Origin: Minisyncoccota bacterium
Lineage (GTDB): Bacteria; Patescibacteriota; Minisyncoccia; Phycocordibacterales; GCA-2747955
DNA: 40,893 nt
Direction: 5' to 3'
NCBI GenBank assembly: GCA_020629435.1
Contig: JAHDDI010000007.1
Coordinates: forward strand, 1-40,893
The translations under genes and the position numbers were made by a program. The notes under the pieces are model-generated. The model made no database searches. It was not told the origin of the DNA and saw only the letters and a program-made list of their open reading frames with translations. Positions 1-6,010 of this stretch are shown piece after piece; positions within the stretch are counted from its first letter, which is position 1, and every line of letters begins with the position of its first letter.

Positions 1-2
1 TA

Positions 3-329
3 GAAAAACACACTATCCCGTGGGTTCCTATAATTGGTCTCGGGTTAATTTCAGTGCTGCTGTCGGTGTCTGTGCTGTTGATGCAAATAAAAAAGTACCC
101 CAAAGATCTGGTTGGTCGTATTGAACAGGTAACACCTGACCACATGATTGTCAGTAACCAACGAGGGCGTCTGGTATCAGTAGATATCAGTGGTATCGAT
201 ACAGACAGTAACAATATGTCAGAATTACACACAGATAATTTTGTAAGAATCTCGGGACACAGAGCAGAAGGTGATTTTAATATGTTTATTGCAGAGAGTT
301 TGAGTGTTGTACATAAGAAAAGAAAATAA
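3..329 (+). CDS. hypothetical membrane-anchored protein; the 5' end may lie outside the window (internal start candidates GTG 54 and ATG 81)
   Basis: The frame is open from the window edge. A hydrophobic segment (IPWVPIIGLGLISVLLSVSVLL) is followed by an ~80-aa soluble tail. The stop TAA overlaps the next ATG by 1 nt (TAATG, 327-331). No family recognised. Confidence 0.4.
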   Translation, partial: EKHTIPWVPIIGLGLISVLLSVSVLLMQIKKYPKDLVGRIEQVTPDHMIVSNQRGRLVSVDISGIDTDSNNMSELHTDNFVRISGHRAEGDFNMFIAESLSVVHKKRK

Positions 330-919
330 TGACATATTCTGTTGTTAATTGGGTTCGACGAAATAAGAAAATTACACGCATATTGGGTGCAATCGCAATT
401 TTTATATTTATTTCTTTTACGGTTGCCCAGATTCCAACCAATACACTGGTTGATTGGATTGGTAGTGACAATGCATGGTTGTTGATGTTTGTATTGGGTG
501 CGATTGGGGGACTGTCCACCTTTGTAACAATCCCATATCATGTTGTTTTGATGTCGCTAGCCTCTGCAGGGATCAACCCAATTTTGCTGGGAACGGCAAC
601 AGCGTTAGGTGTCATGTTGGGTGACAGTGCTATGTTTTTGTTAAGTAAACAGATTAAAAAAGGTTTATCTGAAAAACACACCAAAAGAATAGACAGTCTT
701 GCGCATGTTGTTAAAAAGCATCCACGTTTGTTGACCCCAGGTCTGGTTGCGTACGGCATGTTTTCTCCGTTTTCAAACGATTTTATTGTAGCTGGACTGA
801 CACTGATGAATTTTAAATATCTACGCATTATAGTGCCGCTGGCGATGGGTAATATTGTATACAATATTGCATTAGCGTATTTTGGTTTATACATGTACCA
901 AACTATTTTCGGGGGATAA
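329..919 (+). CDS. DedA/VTT-domain (YqaA-like) integral membrane protein
   Basis: 196 aa with about 5 TM segments. The central segment GGLSTFVTIPYHVVLMSLASAGINPILLGTATALGVMLGDSAMFLLSKQ resembles the VTT/SNARE-associated domain core. Translationally coupled to the upstream ORF. Confidence 0.5.
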   Translation: MTYSVVNWVRRNKKITRILGAIAIFIFISFTVAQIPTNTLVDWIGSDNAWLLMFVLGAIGGLSTFVTIPYHVVLMSLASAGINPILLGTATALGVMLGDSAMFLLSKQIKKGLSEKHTKRIDSLAHVVKKHPRLLTPGLVAYGMFSPFSNDFIVAGLTLMNFKYLRIIVPLAMGNIVYNIALAYFGLYMYQTIFGG

Positions 920-923
920 TTAT

Positions 924-932
924 TGATATACT
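924..932 (+). promoter_or_regulatory. extended -10 promoter TGaTATACT, 6 nt before ATG 939 (predicted leaderless)
   Basis: TG at 924-925 and TATACT at 927-932, then 6 nt (attgca) and the ATG. No SD motif. Lies within a 17-nt block that is identical to 32805-32821. Confidence 0.6.
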
Positions 933-938
933 ATTGCA

Positions 939-2447
939 ATGAATTATCTTTTAAAATTGTTAGACGGAACCACAATGTACCGAACGGTAATATATACGCT
1001 ATTGGTATATGTTCTCTGTGCTTTTGTCGGGTCATATATGGGGCAGATATATTTTTCAGTTACAGAAATGTTTGTCTCATTGTTTGTATTAACAACCGCG
1101 TCAATGGTGGCACACTATGTACTCAGTACAATATTTGCAGCGCCCGCCAATCGGGAATCAACATTTATTACTGTTTTGATTTTGTTTTTTCTTTTTGACC
1201 CATCATTGCAAATAAAGAACCTGGGGTTGTTGGCATTGGTAGCGGTCATTGCTGTGGCCAGCAAATATATTTTGGCATGGAGAAAACTGCACATTATAAA
1301 CCCAGTAGTGATTGCGGCTGTTTGTGCGTCGTTGTTTGGGTTACTGTATGCAACCTGGTGGATAGCTAATCCATGGATGTTTATTCCGGTTGTAATAGGA
1401 GGGCTGGTTATCACCTATAAAATTAGGCGTTTTGCACTGGTTACCGCAACGATAATCGGTGGTTTGGCTGTGTTTGGGTTCTTGGGTCTGGTTACAGAAC
1501 AACTGAGCCTTGATATGTTACGTACTTTTTTGGTGGCGTGGCCGATTGTGTTCTTTGCAACGGTCATGGTGACAGAACCCTTGGCGACACCTGCAGGGAA
1601 ACACAACCATATTATGTACGGATTATTTGTAGGAGTATTGTCTAGTACGCCATTTATGTTTGGGCCACTGTATTCTTCACCAGAAATGGCGTTGTTGATA
1701 GGAAATATTGTGTTTTATTACACCACTATTCGTGGGCGACTGACACTATCGTTGATAGAAAGAAAACTAATTGCCAAAGACACATGGGAATTTACATTTA
1801 AACCAAACTTTCCAATATGGTTCAAGGCGGGACAGTATTTAGAATGGACTGTTCCACACAACAAAACAGACAAACGGGGAATACGAAGATACTTTACTAT
1901 TGCGTCTTCACCTACAGAGGATTCTGTTCGAGTGGGACTGAAATTACAAGAAAACGGAAGTTCCTTTAAAAAGAATTTATACGACATGCAAGTGGGGGAC
2001 AATATTTTTGCAACATCACTGGATGGAGATTTCACCTTGGTCAAAAACACAAAAAAACCTCTGGTGTTTATAGCTGGGGGAATTGGGGTGACTCCGTTTG
2101 CGTCTATGACCCAATACATGATCGATACAAAACAAAAACGAGACGTGACTATGTTTTACTGCAACAACACCCAAAGTGATATTGCATGGCAAAATTTGTG
2201 GGATACTGCGAATCAGTCTTTTGGAATGAACACCTACCATGTGTTAAATAAACCCGAAGATAAGTGGGACGGGTTTCGAGGTTACATAAGCGCACAGATA
2301 ATTCAAGATTCAAATATTGATATCCAGCAGTCACAATTTTATATTTCTGGTCCACCTGTTATGGTTTCTGCATGTAAAAAGATGTTACTAAGTGTTGGCG
2401 TGTCTCGAAAAAATATTACAACAGATTTTTTCCCCGGGCTTGCATAG
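939..2447 (+). CDS. fusion protein: RnfD/NqrB-like polytopic membrane domain (aa 1-~270) plus ferredoxin-NADP reductase-like FAD/NAD(P)H-binding domain (aa ~275-502)
   Basis: N-terminal half: about 8 TM segments. Motifs match the NqrB/RnfD family: KYILAWRKLHIINPVVIAAV (compare K..FGG.G.N.FNPAL) and FFATVMVTEPLATPAGK..YGLFVGVL...EMALLIGN (compare FFM.TDPVTSP...G...G.L......A.LL.N), nt 1566-1601. C-terminal half: RRYFTIASSP (RxYS FAD motif, nt 1884-1913), GGIGVTPF (NAD(P)H motif, nt 2076-2096) and YISGPPVM. Confidence 0.7.
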   Translation: MNYLLKLLDGTTMYRTVIYTLLVYVLCAFVGSYMGQIYFSVTEMFVSLFVLTTASMVAHYVLSTIFAAPANRESTFITVLILFFLFDPSLQIKNLGLLALVAVIAVASKYILAWRKLHIINPVVIAAVCASLFGLLYATWWIANPWMFIPVVIGGLVITYKIRRFALVTATIIGGLAVFGFLGLVTEQLSLDMLRTFLVAWPIVFFATVMVTEPLATPAGKHNHIMYGLFVGVLSSTPFMFGPLYSSPEMALLIGNIVFYYTTIRGRLTLSLIERKLIAKDTWEFTFKPNFPIWFKAGQYLEWTVPHNKTDKRGIRRYFTIASSPTEDSVRVGLKLQENGSSFKKNLYDMQVGDNIFATSLDGDFTLVKNTKKPLVFIAGGIGVTPFASMTQYMIDTKQKRDVTMFYCNNTQSDIAWQNLWDTANQSFGMNTYHVLNKPEDKWDGFRGYISAQIIQDSNIDIQQSQFYISGPPVMVSACKKMLLSVGVSRKNITTDFFPGLA

Positions 2448-2517
2448 TGTTTATTTTTCATTGTGTAAGGGGCATTATATGCTATGATTTGAGCATTATT
2501 TTAATAAAATTTAAGTT

Positions 2518-2802
2518 ATGGATTACAAAAACATTTTGTTTATTGTTGCGGCAATTGCAATGGCAGTTACTGCATACGTATTAGTAGAAACTAAAACATA
2601 TGAAGTAGACGACGCTAGCACAGAATTGATTGAGACTGCAAACGTTAACACTGAAAACAACAGCACATCAACTGAATCTGATAGTACAGCTACTGGTACA
2701 GATGAAATGGCTACAGACACTGAAGTATTAGAGGGAGATGTTATGGAAGACGAAATGATGGAAGACGACATGGAAGATAACATGGAAAAAACAGAAGAAT
2801 AA
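2518..2802 (+). CDS. small signal-anchored acidic, Met-rich protein
   Basis: 94 aa. One N-terminal TM segment (ILFIVAAIAMAVTAYVLV) followed by a low-complexity S/T/D/E region. Ends in DVMEDEMMEDDMEDNMEKTEE. No family recognised. Confidence 0.45.
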   Translation: MDYKNILFIVAAIAMAVTAYVLVETKTYEVDDASTELIETANVNTENNSTSTESDSTATGTDEMATDTEVLEGDVMEDEMMEDDMEDNMEKTEE

Positions 2803-2836
2803 TATATTCTTATTACAAAGCACCTTTGGGTGTTTT

Positions 2837-2845
2837 TGTTATAAT
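2837..2845 (+). promoter_or_regulatory. extended -10 promoter TGtTATAAT upstream of the FMN-binding protein/apbE pair
   Basis: Perfect TGnTATAAT at 2837-2845, 32 nt before ATG 2878. It overlaps the 3' arm of an imperfect hairpin (about 2815-2841) that follows the previous gene. Confidence 0.55.
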
Positions 2846-2877
2846 ACAGAGCATTATCTTGAAAATAGAAAAAATAT

Positions 2878-3453
2878 ATGAATAAAAAAATACTAATTAC
2901 TGTTATTTTTGCAGCACTAGCAGCGGTTGCGTCGTATCTTATTTTAACAAATGAGTCGACTGTGAATGCAAATGATGAACAGATTCAAGCTGCCGGAGAT
3001 ACAGAGTCAGTAAACAATGGCGCTGCTGACGAACCAGCAAATGAAGAAACAGACAATTCTGATGACAGTGGAACTTCAAATGAAGTGTCAACTGAAATAA
3101 GAGAAGAAGAAATAACAGAAAATGTTAATGATGTTGTGACTGCGCAACTTGATTACAAAGACGGGACGTACACCACAGAAGAAACTTATGCATTACCAAA
3201 TGGCGGATCACACCACATGGACATTACTATGGTTATCGAAAACGATACAGTAACAGATGTAAGGATGGTGTTTGACGGTGACGTGTCTGGAGGGTCAACA
3301 GCAATTCAAGAACGATTTACAACTGCTATGCAGCCTATGGTTGTTGGGGCAAACCTTGACTCGATTTCACTTTCTCGAACAGGGGGAGCGTCATTGACTA
3401 CAGCTGGATTTAACAAGGCACTAGCTGAAATTAAAGTTAAAGCACAGATATAA
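2878..3453 (+). CDS. membrane-anchored FMN-binding domain protein (NqrC/RnfG-like, predicted ApbE substrate)
   Basis: N-terminal signal anchor (MNKKILITVIFAALAAVASYLIL) and an acidic linker. The C-terminal domain DGTYTTEE...ITMVIENDTVTDVRMV...DSISLSRTGGASLTTAGFNKALAEI matches the FMN_bind architecture. It carries a degenerate [ST]GA[ST] flavinylation motif (TGGAS, nt 3379-3393). Confidence 0.7.
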   Translation: MNKKILITVIFAALAAVASYLILTNESTVNANDEQIQAAGDTESVNNGAADEPANEETDNSDDSGTSNEVSTEIREEEITENVNDVVTAQLDYKDGTYTTEETYALPNGGSHHMDITMVIENDTVTDVRMVFDGDVSGGSTAIQERFTTAMQPMVVGANLDSISLSRTGGASLTTAGFNKALAEIKVKAQI

Positions 3454-4259
3454 TGATATCTGTCGGTCCAATTGAAAAACTCGGTACCGTTTGGTGGTTC
3501 GAGTTTTTTGATTTACCTGAAGAAAAACTGCAAGAAGTAAGCAGTGAAATCACCAAGACAATGACACAGTTTGAGAATGATTATTCTCGATTTAAACCTG
3601 ATTCTGTATTGTCGCAGTTAAACAAAAATAAAATATACCTAAATCCGAATGCCGAATTTTTGGCAATGATACAGTGGGCGGTTGATGCATATGGCCAGAC
3701 ACAAGGGGTATTTAATATTGCGGTAGGTGACTATTTAGTAAAATCAGGATACGACCAAGACTATTCTTTTCAGTCACAAGAAACCATGCTCATACCACGA
3801 TTAGATAGTGTTCTGCAGTATGATCAAAAAACAATACGACTATTGCCTGACACGCAGATAGATTTTGGCGGATTGGGCAAGGGGTACTTGATAGACAAGT
3901 TAGCTGGAATACTGAAAGACCAATTTGGTCTGCAATATTATTTAATCAATGGTGGTGGTGACATGTATGTAACAAGTGACCACGGAGAACCAATAGAGAT
4001 TGGACTACAAGACCCAGAAACAAAACAGATTATCGGGAAGACCAAATTACATAATCAAGCATTTGCGTCTTCGTCTCCAATCTTGCGACAATGGGCCGAC
4101 CAACAGGGGGATTTGCATAGTCATTTGGTTGGTGATGGAGACAAACAAACAGTGTATCTGACTGCTCCCAATGCAACACATGCGGATATTTGGGCAACGA
4201 CTTTGGCGATTGATGGCGGCATCACTACGCCAAGTTCAATAGCAATTATTACCCAATAA
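3453..4259 (+). CDS. apbE: FAD:protein FMN transferase (ApbE family), no signal peptide
   Basis: ApbE-family motifs present: DFGGLGKGYLIDK, INGGGDMYV, AFASSSP, HSHLVGDG and ADIWATTLAI. The start ATG overlaps the upstream stop (TAATG). The N-terminus MISVGPIEKLGTVWWFEFF runs directly into the catalytic domain, with no hydrophobic signal or lipobox. Confidence 0.85.
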   Translation: MISVGPIEKLGTVWWFEFFDLPEEKLQEVSSEITKTMTQFENDYSRFKPDSVLSQLNKNKIYLNPNAEFLAMIQWAVDAYGQTQGVFNIAVGDYLVKSGYDQDYSFQSQETMLIPRLDSVLQYDQKTIRLLPDTQIDFGGLGKGYLIDKLAGILKDQFGLQYYLINGGGDMYVTSDHGEPIEIGLQDPETKQIIGKTKLHNQAFASSSPILRQWADQQGDLHSHLVGDGDKQTVYLTAPNATHADIWATTLAIDGGITTPSSIAIITQ

Positions 4260-4269
4260 GTAAATATAT

Positions 4270-4278
4270 TGGTATAGT
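4270..4278 (+). promoter_or_regulatory. extended -10 promoter TGgTATAGT for the orphan gene at 4316
   Basis: TGnTATAGT at 4270-4278. It is followed by a 37-nt leader carrying a strong SD, GGGGAGG (4304-4310), 5 nt before ATG 4316. Confidence 0.5.
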
Positions 4279-4315
4279 ATCTTTGAGTGTAAAATGAATC
4301 ACTGGGGAGGTGACA

Positions 4316-4852
4316 ATGCGTTATATCGATGGCTATCTAGTGATAGCAAAATTACAGAATATGATTCCATATCTTATGTACGGTGCGCCTGAGGTTGAAC
4401 ATAATGAGCCGACAGAGCAGTTCTTGCTCAATGGATTAAAGCCCCTGAATGATACTGAGCAGGTTAGTAGGGGTATGCGATTCTTAGAGGCAAATGATCA
4501 AGTAGAGTCGATAGGTGTTATGCAATTCAAGATGTCTCTTGCAGAGAGCATCGATGAAATTGATTCTCTGCCTCTACATGCCACCAGCGTGTTTGTGTCT
4601 CGTTTTGAGCAAGATGACTGGCAACACTACAAGATATTTGGACCCAGGAATCCAAAAAGCACGTTGGGATTTGATGGTCGATCTGAAATAACTTGTAACG
4701 GATTCGAACTATACGGTCCGGCGACAACCAATCCAAACAATAGATGTTTCTGGGATATGTCAGAACTTAAACGACAATCACGAGATGATAATGTATGGGT
4801 AGCAAGTTGGGAGCACAAATGGGTCCAAGTTGAGACACCAATCAAAACATGA
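4316..4852 (+). CDS. hypothetical soluble protein (orphan)
   Basis: 178 aa with no TM segment and no motif I recognise. ATG 4316 is preferred over the track start GTG 4310 because of the GGGGAGG SD at 4304-4310. Ends in TGA, which is rare in this window. Confidence 0.5.
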   Translation: MRYIDGYLVIAKLQNMIPYLMYGAPEVEHNEPTEQFLLNGLKPLNDTEQVSRGMRFLEANDQVESIGVMQFKMSLAESIDEIDSLPLHATSVFVSRFEQDDWQHYKIFGPRNPKSTLGFDGRSEITCNGFELYGPATTNPNNRCFWDMSELKRQSRDDNVWVASWEHKWVQVETPIKT

Positions 4853-4879
4853 AAAACACATGTGGAGGTTGGTGTTTTT
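4852..4879 (+). terminator. weak candidate rho-independent terminator
   Basis: aaaaacac (4852-4859) pairs with gtgttttt (4872-4879) around a 12-nt loop. The stem is AT-rich. Confidence 0.35.
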
Positions 4880-4896
4880 CTCTTATCGTCATACCA

Positions 4897-4905
4897 TGTT
4901 AAAGT
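4897..4905 (+). promoter_or_regulatory. candidate extended -10 TGtTAAAGT, 8 nt before ATG 4914
   Basis: TG at 4897-4898 and TAAAGT at 4900-4905. No SD motif. Confidence 0.4.
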
Positions 4906-4913
4906 AAGTTATT

Positions 4914-5732
4914 ATGGATATACAAACAATTATTGATTTTATTGGTACAAAAGCATTGGAATTGGCGCCGCAACTGGCTGGCGCACTACTAGTTTTGGTC
5001 TTGGGATGGATTGGAACTGGGTGGATAGTAAAGGCACTGAAGCGTTTGTTCAAAAGAACTGATTTTGACGAAGCGCTAGAGACATTTATTGTGAGTCTGA
5101 CAGGAATTGCGTTGAAAATTATTTTAATTGTTATTGTGGTCGGTATGTTGGGAGTACAAACCAGTTCACTGGTGGCGCTGTTGGGTGCAATGGGACTGGC
5201 AATTGGTTTGGCACTGCAGGGAAGCCTGTCGAACTTTGCTGGTGGTGTGTTGATACTTGTGTTCAAACCATTCAAGGTCGGTGATTTAATCCAAACAGAT
5301 TCGGGTTATAAAGGGACAGTGCAGGAGATTCAAATATTCAATACTATCTTAGTAAGTGCAACAAAAGAAACTATTGTGGTACCAAATGGTAATCTGTCTA
5401 ATAACCCATTGGTCAATATTACGGGTTCTCCAGAAATGGGCATCGAGTACACTTTTGGTATTGGCTACGAAGACGATATTGATACTGCAAAAGAAATAAT
5501 CAGAACTATTTTGGACGAAAATAAAAATATTTTGACCGACGCTGGATACAAATTAGGAGTCCGAGAATTGGCAGATAACAGCGTTAATTTTTATGTGCGT
5601 GCAACAGTGCTGGCAGATAATTATTGGGACGCATTGTTTGAAATAACGGAAACAGTTAAAAAGACATTTGATGCACAAGGAATTTCAATTCCATACCCAC
5701 AACGGGATGTTCATATTATCGAAAACAAATAG
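4914..5732 (+). CDS. mscS: small-conductance mechanosensitive channel (MscS family)
   Basis: Three N-terminal TM segments. The pore-helix/beta-domain signature LGAMGLAIGLALQGSLSNFAGGVLILVFKPFKVGDLI...VQEIQIFNTIL is typical of MscS. Confidence 0.85.
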   Translation: MDIQTIIDFIGTKALELAPQLAGALLVLVLGWIGTGWIVKALKRLFKRTDFDEALETFIVSLTGIALKIILIVIVVGMLGVQTSSLVALLGAMGLAIGLALQGSLSNFAGGVLILVFKPFKVGDLIQTDSGYKGTVQEIQIFNTILVSATKETIVVPNGNLSNNPLVNITGSPEMGIEYTFGIGYEDDIDTAKEIIRTILDENKNILTDAGYKLGVRELADNSVNFYVRATVLADNYWDALFEITETVKKTFDAQGISIPYPQRDVHIIENK

Positions 5733-5740
5733 TTACAACA

Positions 5741-5765
5741 AAAACCAGCGCCTGTGCTGGTTTTT
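5741..5765 (+). terminator. rho-independent terminator after mscS
   Basis: aaaa-ccagc (5745-5749), loop gcctgt, gctgg (5756-5760), then ttttt. Confidence 0.7.
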
Positions 5766-5780
5766 GTTTTAGACAAATTT

Positions 5781-5789
5781 TGTTATGAT
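5781..5789 (+). promoter_or_regulatory. extended -10 promoter TGtTATGAT for the serS leader
   Basis: TG at 5781-5782 and TATGAT at 5784-5789. The predicted TSS is near 5796. Confidence 0.5.
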
Positions 5790-5796
5790 TGTAGTT

Positions 5797-5955
5797 GTAT
5801 TTAACGACGTCCATTAGCACGGAAAGAGGATACAAGACAATTCAAAAGCGCCTTTTGTTTTAGAGACAAAAGGAAGTAGGGTGGCACCGCGTAACATGTA
5901 AATAGATACGTCCCTACAAAACCACAGTAATTTGTGGCTTTGTAGAGACGTTTTT
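5797..5955 (+). promoter_or_regulatory. T-box riboswitch leader controlling serS (tRNA-Ser-responsive transcription attenuator)
   Basis: The T-box core GTAGGGTGGCACCGCGT lies at 5876-5892. Antiterminator helix A1 pairs 5876-5881 (GUAGGG) with 5912-5917 (CCCUAC). A 7-nt bulge UGGCACC lies at 5882-5888. Helix A2 pairs 5889-5892 (GCGU) with 5908-5911 (ACGU). The competing terminator helix pairs 5908-5925 with 5934-5951 (acgtc/gacgt, ctacaaa/tttgtag, ccac/gtgg) and is followed by TTTTT at 5951-5955. A Stem III-like hairpin pairs ccttttgt (5851-5858) with acaaaagg (5866-5873). Candidate Ser specifier codons, each followed by A, are UCC 5810-5812 and AGC 5816-5818. Confidence 0.8.
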
Positions 5956-6010
5956 AGTTTCTACAAAATACCGAATTTGGACTTCGGGATTAATAAATAA
6001 TTAAGACAAC

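Noticed and set aside
923-1198. Alternative-frame 91-aa ORF overlapping the start of the 939 gene.
   Set aside because: The 939 frame continues for 502 aa with recognisable family motifs. The 923 ORF would begin inside the -10 element.
4316-4852. Compositional (GC) evidence that the orphan gene is horizontally acquired.
   Set aside because: A hand count of the first 100 nt gave 40% GC, against 38% for the first 100 nt of the neighbouring apbE. This is not a meaningful difference, so only the SD and stop-codon atypicality is reported.
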